Positions 46,360-55,828 of a stretch of DNA of 64,000 bases are shown here, one piece after another. Source of the DNA: an uncultured SAR86 cluster bacterium (GTDB taxonomy: Bacteria; Pseudomonadota; Gammaproteobacteria; Magnimaribacterales; TMED112). The DNA is taken from NCBI GenBank assembly GCA_902619265.1, contig CACNDL010000003.1, positions 575-64,574 on the forward strand. The letters are read 5' to 3'. The notes below the pieces were generated by a model that had not been told where the DNA came from, did not search any database, and worked only from the letters and a program-made list of their open reading frames with translations. The translations under genes were made by a program, and so were the position numbers. Each line of letters opens with the position of its first letter. Positions within the stretch are counted from its first letter, which is position 1.

Positions 46360-48817
46360 GTCTCCATCGAAGGCAAAAACTATCAGTAAATACTTAGGCA
46401 AAGACTTTGTAGTTAAGTCTAGTGTTGGTCATGTAAGAAGATTAACTAAAGGAAATAAGGCTATAAATCTTGATGACTGGTCAATTTCTTATGAAATTGA
46501 TCCAAAAAAAGAGAAAGTTGTTAAAGATCTCAAAAGTTCAGCTAAAGGGGTTGAAAATATATTTTTAGCAACCGACCTTGATAGAGAAGGCGAAGCTATA
46601 GCTTGGCATTTAAAAGAAATTCTTGGCAAAAAGTTTAACTACAGCAGAGTAAGATTTAATGAAATTACAAAAGGAGCTATTCAAGAAGCATTCGAAACTC
46701 CCGGAGATCTTGATGAGGGTCTCATTGACGCGCAAAAAACAAGAAGAATCTTAGATCGTATCGTAGGTTATGATTTATCAAGTTTATTGTGGCAAAAAAT
46801 TGGAAGTTACGGAAAACTATCAGCTGGAAGAGTCCAGTCAGTTGCAGTGAGATTAGTTGTCGAGCGTGAAAAGGAAATCAAAGCTTTCTCTCCTCAAGAA
46901 TATTGGGAATTCGAAGTTAGCGTAAGGCATGATGAAAGAGATATAGCCCTCAAACTTAATACTAAAAAGTCTGGGTTAGAAGTAAACTCAAAAGAGGAAG
47001 CAGAAAAAATTGCTTCTGCATTAAAAGAGCATGAAATAGAAATCATTAGCAATGAAAAAACTAAACGTAAGATCCCAGTCAAACCACCATTTATAACATC
47101 TACCCTTCAGCAAACCTCCAGTTCAATGCTGGGTTTTAGCTTGTCTAAAACAATGAAATTGGCTCAAGACTTATATACAGGTGGATATATTTCATATATG
47201 AGAACTGACTCACCTAATATTAGTGTGTTGGCCCAAAACAACTGTAAACAATATCTTCTAGATACATATGGTGAGGTATATAGCGCACCTAAAAATTTTG
47301 CGGCAAAAGCATCAAATTCTCAAGAGGCACATGAAGCTATAAGACCAACAGACGTGACTTTCAAAGCAGATGAATTATCCCTAAGCCAAGACCATAAAAA
47401 ACTTTACAACTTAATATGGTCTAGATTTGTGGCATCACAAATGCCCCAACCGGAAATAATTGTTAACAGTATCAAAGCTCAAAGTGAGACTAATATTTTT
47501 GAAACCTCAGTAAGTAGCATAAGCTTTGATGGTTTCTACAAAGTAATGCCTCCTGGTAAAAATAGTGGATATGTTGATTACGATCTTGAAAGTCTTTCGG
47601 TTGGTTTGATGAAAAAAATTAATAAAGTTGAAAAATCCCAACATTTCACAAAACCTCCATCAAGATATTCTGAGGCTAGCTTGGTAAAAGAATTGGAAAA
47701 ACGAGGTATAGGACGACCATCAACCTATCAAGAGATTATTACCAATATACAAGACAGAGGTTATGTCAGAAGTGAGAATAAAAGACTTTATGCGACCAAA
47801 ATAGCTAATTTAATCTCTGACCGACTTATCAAATCCTTCACTAATATTATGGATTACAGTTTTACCGCAAATATGGAAAAGAGCTTAGATGAAGTAGCGG
47901 AGGGCAAAGAAAGTTGGAAAAAATTACTAGAAGAATTTTATGCTGAATTCAATGAAGCTAAAAAAGTTGCAGTTGATGTCATGGAAAGAAATAACCCAAT
48001 CTCTACCAAGGTTAGATGCACTGAATGTGATTGCGATAAAGAAATGATTCTAAGGACTAATCAAACAGGCCAATTTCTCGGATGTGAAGGTTACTTTGAT
48101 GAAGGAGATTTAAAATGCAAAAAAACATATTCTTTAATTCCAGAAGAATTATTCACTGACAATGATGATAAAGAAGCTGAGAGCATTTTTAATAAACCAA
48201 AATGTGATATTTGTGGCTCAACAATGGATGGTTTCATCATCGATGAAAATCGAAAATTGCATATTTGCTCAAGCTCACCGATATGTCCAGGCACAAAATT
48301 AGAAGAAGGTAATTTCATAAAGCCAAAAAATGGCGAAGAAGAATTGATCGATTGTCATAAATGCGATGCAAAAATGGAATTAAAAATTGGTAGATTTGGT
48401 AAGTATTTTGCGTGTCAATCATGTACAGCAACAAGGCAAATCATGAAAAATGGCCAACTTAAACCAATTTTTATGGACCCAATAGAAATGTCAGATTTAA
48501 AATGTGAAAAGTGTGATGATATCTATCTTTTAAGGGATAGTTTGAAAGGTCTTTTTCTAGCTGCATCCCAATTTCCAAAAAATAGAGAGACAAGAGCTCC
48601 ATTGGTAAGTGAAATAAAATCAGTCATTGATAAGTTACCAGAAAAGCATCAGATTTTTGCTAATGCTCCAGAGCTAGACCCAGATGGTGATAATTTAGTT
48701 GTTCGTTTTAATAGAAAAGATGGAAGCCATACACTTTCTGCCGAGGCAAAAGGAAAGAAAAAGAAATTATTTTTCGTTTATGAAGGATCCGATTGGAAAG
48801 AAATGCAAAGAGATTAG
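46331..48817 (+). CDS. topA: DNA topoisomerase I
   Basis: Toprim start LVIVESPSKAKTI, DLDREGEAI, active-site Tyr region GYISYMRTDS, and C-terminal 4-Cys zinc ribbons. Confidence 0.95.
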   Translation: MTSKSLVIVESPSKAKTISKYLGKDFVVKSSVGHVRRLTKGNKAINLDDWSISYEIDPKKEKVVKDLKSSAKGVENIFLATDLDREGEAIAWHLKEILGKKFNYSRVRFNEITKGAIQEAFETPGDLDEGLIDAQKTRRILDRIVGYDLSSLLWQKIGSYGKLSAGRVQSVAVRLVVEREKEIKAFSPQEYWEFEVSVRHDERDIALKLNTKKSGLEVNSKEEAEKIASALKEHEIEIISNEKTKRKIPVKPPFITSTLQQTSSSMLGFSLSKTMKLAQDLYTGGYISYMRTDSPNISVLAQNNCKQYLLDTYGEVYSAPKNFAAKASNSQEAHEAIRPTDVTFKADELSLSQDHKKLYNLIWSRFVASQMPQPEIIVNSIKAQSETNIFETSVSSISFDGFYKVMPPGKNSGYVDYDLESLSVGLMKKINKVEKSQHFTKPPSRYSEASLVKELEKRGIGRPSTYQEIITNIQDRGYVRSENKRLYATKIANLISDRLIKSFTNIMDYSFTANMEKSLDEVAEGKESWKKLLEEFYAEFNEAKKVAVDVMERNNPISTKVRCTECDCDKEMILRTNQTGQFLGCEGYFDEGDLKCKKTYSLIPEELFTDNDDKEAESIFNKPKCDICGSTMDGFIIDENRKLHICSSSPICPGTKLEEGNFIKPKNGEEELIDCHKCDAKMELKIGRFGKYFACQSCTATRQIMKNGQLKPIFMDPIEMSDLKCEKCDDIYLLRDSLKGLFLAASQFPKNRETRAPLVSEIKSVIDKLPEKHQIFANAPELDPDGDNLVVRFNRKDGSHTLSAEAKGKKKKLFFVYEGSDWKEMQRD

Positions 48818-48860
48818 TAAAAAGACTTTAATAATTCTCAAAAGCACCTAATATAAAAAT

Positions 48861-49124
48861 ATGTCCAAATATTTAGAATTAGTCGAAGTTTCCGAAGGTG
48901 TTGTCGTTTTAAGAAGGTCTGATCAAAAAGATGCGCCGCTAGTAAAAATTGAATTTTCATCAGAAGTTAAAACATTATTGAATGGCATGGAGTTTGACGT
49001 TGCTAAAGAAATGATCAAATCTGGGATTGAAACCCTTAATAGCGATATTGATATGGATGCTCTTGATGACGATGTCTTTGATTCTTTCCTCAAAAAAGAT
49101 TTAGAAGATAGAGTGGTTCACTAA
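48861..49124 (+). CDS. Hypothetical small acidic protein (87 aa)
   Basis: ORF with coding-like composition in the only gap between topA and lexA. No recognisable motif. Confidence 0.35.
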   Translation: MSKYLELVEVSEGVVVLRRSDQKDAPLVKIEFSSEVKTLLNGMEFDVAKEMIKSGIETLNSDIDMDALDDDVFDSFLKKDLEDRVVH

Positions 49125-49125
49125 A

Positions 49126-49716
49126 TTAAAGGTCTTCTCTTATAATACCTACTGCTTTCCCTTCAATTGAGAAATTAGATGTATCATCAACCAAAATGTC
49201 TGAAAAACTTTTATTTTCAGCCACAAGTCTGATGCCAGATGAATCTTTTTTAAACCTCTTGAGAGTTACTTCGTCTTCTAACCTTGCAACAACTATTTCC
49301 CCATTTTCTGCATTCTTTGTTTTTCGAACACCAACAAGGTCATTATCCAATATGCCTGCATCTATCATGCTTTCTCCTTGAACCCTCAGAAAAAAATCGA
49401 CCGATTTATTGAGAGGATTTGAGTGTATAGTTTTTTCAACATTCTCGTAAGCCGTAATTGGACTACCGGCAGCAACACTACCAATGAGAGGGATACCAGA
49501 AATCTCTTCAACTAATTTTATTCCTCTTGATGAGCCTGGCACTTTTTCAATAACACCCTTTTTAACAAGGGCTTTAATATGCGATTCAGCTGCATTCACT
49601 GATTTAAAATCTAAAATTTTTGCTATTTCAGCTCTTGTTGGTGGATAACCATTGCTCTGTAGTGATTCTTTGATAACATCAAATACTTTGATCTGTTGTG
49701 CAGTAAGGTTTAACAT
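49126..49716 (-). CDS. lexA: LexA repressor
   Basis: Winged-helix N-terminus (LTAQQIKVFDVI...GYPPTRAEIA), cleavage-site region VAAGSP, and S24 catalytic Ser (GESM) and Lys (TLKRF). Confidence 0.93.
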   Translation of the reverse strand: MLNLTAQQIKVFDVIKESLQSNGYPPTRAEIAKILDFKSVNAAESHIKALVKKGVIEKVPGSSRGIKLVEEISGIPLIGSVAAGSPITAYENVEKTIHSNPLNKSVDFFLRVQGESMIDAGILDNDLVGVRKTKNAENGEIVVARLEDEVTLKRFKKDSSGIRLVAENKSFSDILVDDTSNFSIEGKAVGIIREDL

Positions 49717-49717
49717 A

Positions 49718-49737
49718 TACTGTAATTATATACAGTA
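49718..49737. promoter_or_regulatory. LexA (SOS) box TACTGTAATTATATACAGTA
   Basis: Perfect CTGT-N8-ACAG palindrome of the gammaproteobacterial consensus TACTG(TA)5CAGTA. It ends 1 nt before the lexA start codon and 22 nt before the divergent gene's ATG. Confidence 0.8.
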
Positions 49738-49754
49738 AAATATAAAAAATACAA
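49725..49754 (-). promoter_or_regulatory. Putative lexA promoter (TTGTAT-N18-TATAAT on the minus strand), with the -10 inside the LexA box
   Basis: Minus-strand tataat = 49730..49725 and ttgtat = 49754..49749. The -10 ends 8 nt before the lexA ATG (49716). Confidence 0.35.
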
Positions 49755-49759
49755 ATATT

Positions 49760-50638
49760 ATGTCGATACTTAAAATAGGAATTAGTTCAAGAGCCTTGTT
49801 TGATTTAAGTGAAAGCCATGAAATTTTTAAAAAAGAAGGCATTGAAGAATATTCTAATTATCAAAAAAAGAATGAAAATAAACCATTAGATAAGGGCGTA
49901 GCTTTTAATTTGGTAGAAAAGCTTCTTCAAATGAACAATAAAAAAGAAAAGCTCGTTGAAGTTATTTTATTATCAAGAAATAGTTCAGATACGGGATTGA
50001 GAATATTTAATTCAATAGAAAAAAATAACTTAGATATCTCACGAGCAGTATTTTCAGGTGGTGAAAGTCCGTTTCCTTATGTTGATGCCTTAGATATCGA
50101 CCTTTTTTTATCTGCAGATGTTAAAGATGTAAAAATGGCTATTGAAAATAATATTGCAGCTGCGCATATCTTTACCGATAAATATAAACCTTCTGATTCT
50201 AAGCAATTACGAATTGGCTTTGATGCGGATGCAGTTATTTTCTCAGATGAATCAGAAGTCACTTACAAAAAGAAAGGGCTCAAAACTTATTTAAAAGAAG
50301 AGGGTGCATCAAAGAAACCAATAAGTCCTGGCCCTTTTAATGGTTTCTTAAAAAAATTAAATCTAATTCAATCTGAATATTCAGCGGATAAATGTCCAAT
50401 TAGAATTGCGCTTGTAACAGCTAGAGCGGCACCAGCTCATAAGCGGGTTATTAATACGCTCAGAAAAGAAAACATAAGAATTGATGAAACTTTTTTCCTG
50501 GGTGGTCTAGCAAAAGGTAAATTCCTAAAAGGATTCTCAGCCGATATATTTTTTGATGACTTAACTGAGAATTGTTTAGAGGCAACTAGTCATGTATCAA
50601 CAGGTCATGTACCATACGGGATTAATAATCCTAAATGA
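49760..50638 (+). CDS. 5'-nucleotidase family protein (PF06189-like)
   Basis: N-terminus LKIGISSRALFDLSESHEIFKKEGIEEY and C-terminal DD motif (ADIFFDD) resemble the bacterial cytosolic 5'-nucleotidase family. Recognised from memory only. Confidence 0.5.
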   Translation: MSILKIGISSRALFDLSESHEIFKKEGIEEYSNYQKKNENKPLDKGVAFNLVEKLLQMNNKKEKLVEVILLSRNSSDTGLRIFNSIEKNNLDISRAVFSGGESPFPYVDALDIDLFLSADVKDVKMAIENNIAAAHIFTDKYKPSDSKQLRIGFDADAVIFSDESEVTYKKKGLKTYLKEEGASKKPISPGPFNGFLKKLNLIQSEYSADKCPIRIALVTARAAPAHKRVINTLRKENIRIDETFFLGGLAKGKFLKGFSADIFFDDLTENCLEATSHVSTGHVPYGINNPK

Positions 50639-51225
50639 AAATTCTCTGTACTGACTTAGAAGGCACACTTGCACCAGAGATATGGCAAGAAATAGCTAAT
50701 GAGTATCAAATCGAAGACTTACAACTAACTACCAGAGAAATTCCAGATTTTGAAGAATTGATGCAAAGAAGACTGGATGTATTATCAAAAAATAAAATCT
50801 CCTATAACGAATTAAAATTATTTTTAGAAACAATTCAGCCATACGATCAGGCAAGAGAATTTTTAGCGTCTTTGGCAGAGCAGTACCAAATAGTTATTGT
50901 CTCAGATACTTTTTACGAATTAGGTCTTCCAGTCGTTAAAAAATTAGGGAACTACCCCTTGTTATGTCACAAGCTAAAAATTGTGAATGATTTTATTACT
51001 GGTTACAAAAAAAGACAGGAAGAACCAAAGAAAAATGTTGTCAAAGCTTTTAAAGCAATGAATTTTGAATGTTTTTGTATTGGAGATTCTTATAACGATA
51101 TTCAGATGATAGAGGAGTCTGATGGAGCATTTATTTTCGCTCCCGATGAGGTAAAAGCTTCCCGTCCTGATATAATTTCATTCGATAATTACAACGATTT
51201 AAAAAAATACCTATTACATGAATAA
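50635..51225 (+). CDS. thrH: HAD-family phosphoserine phosphatase / homoserine phosphotransferase (ThrH-like)
   Basis: Co-linear similarity to Pseudomonas ThrH as I recall it: [53 protein letters not shown]. Confidence 0.7.
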   Translation: MKILCTDLEGTLAPEIWQEIANEYQIEDLQLTTREIPDFEELMQRRLDVLSKNKISYNELKLFLETIQPYDQAREFLASLAEQYQIVIVSDTFYELGLPVVKKLGNYPLLCHKLKIVNDFITGYKKRQEEPKKNVVKAFKAMNFECFCIGDSYNDIQMIEESDGAFIFAPDEVKASRPDIISFDNYNDLKKYLLHE

Positions 51226-51886
51226 TTTATCAGTTGAAAAATATGTAAGACCAAAATTAGAACTGCCTAATAATGGAAAAAATTTGTTGCTTCACAGTTG
51301 CTGTGCTCCTTGTGCTGGGGAAATAATGGAAGCTATTGCCGCTTCAGGAATTGAAACAACTATTTATTTTTATAATCCAAACATACATCCAAAAGAAGAA
51401 TATGAAATAAGAAAAGATGAAAACATTAGATTTGCTGAAAAGTTAGGATTTAATTTTATTGATGCTGACTACGATAAAGATAATTGGTTTGAAAGAGTGA
51501 AAGGGCTTGAAGATGAACCAGAAAGAGGAGAACGATGTACTGTTTGTTTTGACATGAGATTTGAAAGATCAGCTCTTTTTGCCCATGAAAATAACTATGA
51601 TACCTTTGCAACGACACTTGGAATATCAAGATGGAAAGACTTGGAGCAAATTAATGCCTCTGGTTTAAAAGCAGCAAATCGTTATAATAATTTGGATTTC
51701 TGGGATTTCAACTGGAGAAAACAAGGCGGTTCTGCACGTATGTTGGAAATTTCTAAACAAGAGAAATTTTATAAACAAGAATATTGTGGATGCGTTTACA
51801 GTTTAAGAGATACAAATAGATGGAGAAAATCGCAAGGAAGAGAAATCATAAAAAGGGGAATAAATTTTTACGAAATTAAATCATGA
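51218..51886 (+). CDS. queH: Epoxyqueuosine reductase QueH (DUF208)
   Basis: [11 protein letters not shown]-terminal Cys cluster, NPNIHP, and the C-terminal YCGCVYS motif characteristic of DUF208/QueH. Confidence 0.8.
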   Translation: MNNLSVEKYVRPKLELPNNGKNLLLHSCCAPCAGEIMEAIAASGIETTIYFYNPNIHPKEEYEIRKDENIRFAEKLGFNFIDADYDKDNWFERVKGLEDEPERGERCTVCFDMRFERSALFAHENNYDTFATTLGISRWKDLEQINASGLKAANRYNNLDFWDFNWRKQGGSARMLEISKQEKFYKQEYCGCVYSLRDTNRWRKSQGREIIKRGINFYEIKS

Positions 51887-52998
51887 AAAAATTACAAGGC
51901 GCCGGTTTAAGAGGACAATCTGCAGGTCAAACCTCTTTGTCAACTGTGGAACAGGAAGGTAGTCTTAGATATCTTGGTTATAGCATTGAAGATCTTGCTA
52001 AAAATGCAAGTTTTGAAGAGGTTGCCTATCTGCTTTTACTCGGACATTTACCAAAAAAACAAGAATTAGAAGAATTTGAAAATGAGTTGGCCAGTCTTCG
52101 TGAAATGCCTGATTCTCTAGTGACCGTGCTTGAATCAATCCCTGCAGAAGCACACCCTATGGAAGTAGTCAGAACAATTATTTCTTACATGGGTGTGATT
52201 GAGTCAGAGAGGTCATTCGATGAACAACTAGACGTTACGAAAAGGTTACTTGGGGTGACAACTACTGCCATTGTTTATTGGTATAAGTTTTCTCATGAAG
52301 GAGTAAGAATAGAGCAAACTTCACATGAAGTTTCTGTTGCTGCGCATTTTCTTAAATTATTAAGGCAAGAGGAAATAAATGATCTCCATAAAAGGACATT
52401 AGATGTTTCATTAACTTTGTACGCTGAACATGAATTTAATGCATCTACATTTACTGGAAGGGTATGTGCGTCAACATTGTCTGATTTACATTCCTGTTTA
52501 ACAGCTGCCGTTGGGAGTTTAAGAGGACCATTGCATGGTGGAGCTAATGAAGAAGCTATGAAAATGCTTGAAGAAATAGATTCTCTAGAGAATGTTAAAG
52601 AATTTATTGACCATAAACTTGAAAAGAAAGAAAAAGTAATGGGTTTTGGTCATGCTGTATACTCTGTCAAAGATCCTCGAAGCGACATCATTAAAGAATA
52701 TTCAGCAAAATTAAGTGAAGGCCATAAAGATAAGCTACTACATGATGCTGCGGTCGTTATGGAAGCTTATTTGAAGGAGAAAAAAGGGCTATTTCCTAAT
52801 ACCGATTTCTTTCATGCACCAGCGTACCACTATTTAGGTATACCAACAAAGTTGTTCACACCACTTTTTGCTATTGCAAGAATCATAGGATGGTCAGCAC
52901 ATGCTTATGAACAAAGAGACAATAATAGAATAATTAGACCTAGTGCAGATTACATTGGCCCAGAGGATAGAAATTGGGTTGATATTGAATCTAGATAA
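51883..52998 (+). CDS. prpC: 2-methylcitrate synthase (citrate synthase family)
   Basis: Citrate-synthase catalytic motifs ([26 protein letters not shown]). 371 aa, type II-short. Immediately upstream of prpD. Confidence 0.85.
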   Translation: MKKLQGAGLRGQSAGQTSLSTVEQEGSLRYLGYSIEDLAKNASFEEVAYLLLLGHLPKKQELEEFENELASLREMPDSLVTVLESIPAEAHPMEVVRTIISYMGVIESERSFDEQLDVTKRLLGVTTTAIVYWYKFSHEGVRIEQTSHEVSVAAHFLKLLRQEEINDLHKRTLDVSLTLYAEHEFNASTFTGRVCASTLSDLHSCLTAAVGSLRGPLHGGANEEAMKMLEEIDSLENVKEFIDHKLEKKEKVMGFGHAVYSVKDPRSDIIKEYSAKLSEGHKDKLLHDAAVVMEAYLKEKKGLFPNTDFFHAPAYHYLGIPTKLFTPLFAIARIIGWSAHAYEQRDNNRIIRPSADYIGPEDRNWVDIESR

Positions 52999-54386
52999 TG
53001 TCTGACTTTGATCCAATCATCAAAAAAATATCTGACTACGTCCAGAATTACCAAGCAAACGAAGAATCTCTTCAAGAAGCAAAAACATGTTTTTTTGATA
53101 GCATTGCATGCGCATTCATGGCTTTAGAACATGATCAAGTAAAAAAATTCATTGATATTGACTATATTAAAAATTCTCAAGGTTCTGTGAGAGTTGTTGG
53201 CACTGATTTACAGACTAATGTCTTGGATGCAACATTTTTAAATGGTGCATTAATAAGGTGGTTAGATTTTAATGATACATGGCTAGCTAAAGAATGGGGC
53301 CATCCGTCCGATAACTTATCAATAATTTTAGCTTTAGTTGATTATTTAAAAAGTCATAGAAATAAATCTCTAAATTTTAAAGAGGTTCTAAATTACATGG
53401 TCATGGCACATGAAATTCAGGGAGCTTTAGCTATAGAAAATAGCCTTAACAAAGAGGGTCTAGATCATGTAGCTTTGGTAAAGATAGCCTCTGCCTCAGT
53501 TGGAGCAAAAATATTGGGACATAACGATCATCAAATTAAAGCAGTTATTAGTAACGCATTTATTGATGGGCAAAGTTTGCGCACATATCGCCATTTTCCA
53601 AATACTGGAGCTAGGAAAAGTTGGGCTGCGGGAGATGCATCAGCTAAAGCACTTAAACAAGTGTTTATTTCTGAAGTTAGTGATGAAAGTTATCCAACAG
53701 CTTTGTCGGCAAAAAACTGGGGTTTTAATGACGTTTTAATGGGTGAAAATCCTCTAAAACTTGAACGAGACCTTGATTCTTATGTTATGGACAACATTTT
53801 GTATAAAGTATCTTTCCCAGCTGAATTTCATGCACAAACTGCTGCAGAAGCGGCAATATCTTTATCATCAGATGTTAAAGAAAAAATTCATGACATAAAA
53901 GAAATTAAGATATTTACACAAGAACCAGGCGTAAGAATCATTTCAAAGAAAGGCCCTTTGAATAATTTTGCTGATAGGGATCACTGCATTGAGTATATAG
54001 TTGCATGGTGTTTGCTGAATGGAAATTTAAATTCAAATTCCTATTCAGATAGCTCTGCTAGTGATGAAAATATCGATAAACTCAGAAAGCTAACAAATAC
54101 TGTAGAAGATCAAGCTTACACCAGAAGTTATTATGATTTGGATGAAAGGGCAATACCAAATAAGGTCGTTGTATCTATGATTACAGGTGAGGTATACGAG
54201 AAAGAAGTTATGTATCCTTTAGGTCATAAAGAAAGAAGAGCAGAATCTTTACCATTTTTAAAAGAAAAGTTTGAAAAGAGTATAAAGAAAGCGGATATAA
54301 GAGAAGATGAGCTAATGAAATTTTATGATGAAAAAAATCTAGATTCTATTAATATATACGATCTATTAAATTGCATTTATAAATAA
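52998..54386 (+). CDS. prpD: 2-methylcitrate dehydratase (MmgE/PrpD family)
   Basis: 462 aa. Conserved D(S)xACA region (FFDSIACAF), WLDFNDTW..GHPSDN. The start overlaps the prpC stop. Confidence 0.85.
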   Translation: MSDFDPIIKKISDYVQNYQANEESLQEAKTCFFDSIACAFMALEHDQVKKFIDIDYIKNSQGSVRVVGTDLQTNVLDATFLNGALIRWLDFNDTWLAKEWGHPSDNLSIILALVDYLKSHRNKSLNFKEVLNYMVMAHEIQGALAIENSLNKEGLDHVALVKIASASVGAKILGHNDHQIKAVISNAFIDGQSLRTYRHFPNTGARKSWAAGDASAKALKQVFISEVSDESYPTALSAKNWGFNDVLMGENPLKLERDLDSYVMDNILYKVSFPAEFHAQTAAEAAISLSSDVKEKIHDIKEIKIFTQEPGVRIISKKGPLNNFADRDHCIEYIVAWCLLNGNLNSNSYSDSSASDENIDKLRKLTNTVEDQAYTRSYYDLDERAIPNKVVVSMITGEVYEKEVMYPLGHKERRAESLPFLKEKFEKSIKKADIREDELMKFYDEKNLDSINIYDLLNCIYK

Positions 54387-54387
54387 T

Positions 54388-55461
54388 ATGTCAGGTAATA
54401 CATTTGGAACAATATTTAAACTTACAACTTTTGGTGAAAGTCATGGCAGCGCATTGGGTGCTGTTATTGATGGATGTCCACCAAATATCGAGTTAGACGA
54501 AAGTGTCATTCAACAAGATCTTGATAGAAGAAAGCCAGGCCAATCTAAATTTGTTACTCAAAGAAAAGAAGGAGATAAAGTAGAGATTCTTTCTGGTGTA
54601 TTTGAAGGTGTCACAACAGGAACACCTATTGGTTTAATTATTAGAAACGAAGATCAAAAATCAAAAGATTATGCAAATCTTAAAGATAAATTCAGGCCAG
54701 GCCATGCAGATATTACTTACCAAGAAAAATATGGAATACGAGATTATCGTGGTGGTGGAAGAGCAAGTGCACGCGAGACTGCAATGAGGGTAGCAGGTGG
54801 TGCAATAGCAAAAAAAGTCTTATCTAGTTTAGGTGTAAAAGTTAGAGGTGGTGTTGTCCAGGTTGGAGATATCAAAGCCAAAGATATTAATTACGAAACT
54901 AAAAATGAGTTCAATTTTTTAGATGAGTCAAAAGTTGAAGAATTAAAAGAATTTTTTGCAAAATTAAATAAAGAACAAGATTCAATAGGAGCAAAAATCT
55001 TAGTAAATATTTCTGGCATGCCATCTGGCATTGGTTCTCCGGTTTTTTCTAAATTGGATGCTGAATTGGCAAAGGCAATGATGAGTGTCAACGCAGTAAA
55101 AGCTGTGGAAATTGGAACAGGTTGCGATGTGGTGACTATGAGAGGTTCTGAAAATAGAGACAAAATCAATAAATCTGGTTTTGAATCAAATAATTCAGGA
55201 GGAATTTTGGGTGGCATTTCGAATGGCGATGAAATAAATATATATGCCTCATTAAAACCAACATCAAGCATATCTCAAAAAACTAAAACACTTGATATAA
55301 ATAACGATGAAGTAGAACTTCAAGTAAAGGGTAGGCACGATCCATGTGTAGGGCTGAGAGCAACACCGATACTTGAAGCAATGACGGTGATGTGTATTCT
55401 GGATCAAATTCTTATAGATAGAGGACAATGCTTTAATGTTCAAAGAGATTTTAAAAATTGA
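54388..55461 (+). CDS. aroC: Chorismate synthase
   Basis: GNTFG..FKLTTFGESHG N-terminus, RPGHAD, GGGRASARET, and the GRHDPCV motif. Confidence 0.95.
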   Translation: MSGNTFGTIFKLTTFGESHGSALGAVIDGCPPNIELDESVIQQDLDRRKPGQSKFVTQRKEGDKVEILSGVFEGVTTGTPIGLIIRNEDQKSKDYANLKDKFRPGHADITYQEKYGIRDYRGGGRASARETAMRVAGGAIAKKVLSSLGVKVRGGVVQVGDIKAKDINYETKNEFNFLDESKVEELKEFFAKLNKEQDSIGAKILVNISGMPSGIGSPVFSKLDAELAKAMMSVNAVKAVEIGTGCDVVTMRGSENRDKINKSGFESNNSGGILGGISNGDEINIYASLKPTSSISQKTKTLDINNDEVELQVKGRHDPCVGLRATPILEAMTVMCILDQILIDRGQCFNVQRDFKN

Positions 55462-55828
55462 GTTTTCGGAATTAGAAAACATTATCACAAACCCAGCTCA
55501 ATTTTTACAACAAGAATACAATCTAGATCTTTCAAACAATGAAATATATTTTACGGTTATAGCAATATTACTATTTATCGTTGGAGTTTCCTTTGAATTG
55601 TTTAAAACAAAAAAAGAAATTCTTGATAGTGATTTACCAGATATTGACTATAAATCTAATGAAATTGCAACCAACACAACTATACAAAAAATTGACTTAG
55701 CAAACGCATACATAAATATGGGTAAAGGTGTTAGAGCAAAAAGTATTATTGAAAGACTCGAAAAGAATGGATTGTCGAAAAGCGAGAAAAAAGAAATAAA
55801 CAAATTAAAAAAATTATTAAATGAATAG
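55436..55828 (+). CDS. Small membrane protein with FimV C-terminal-like motif (miniature FimV/HubP-like)
   Basis: One TM segment (YFTVIAILLFIVGVSF). C-terminal IDLANAYINMGKGVRAKSIIERLEKNG resembles the FimV C-terminal LDLARAYIEMGD..GAR..L motif. Occupies the fimV position upstream of truA. Confidence 0.45.
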   Translation: MFKEILKIEFSELENIITNPAQFLQQEYNLDLSNNEIYFTVIAILLFIVGVSFELFKTKKEILDSDLPDIDYKSNEIATNTTIQKIDLANAYINMGKGVRAKSIIERLEKNGLSKSEKKEINKLKKLLNE

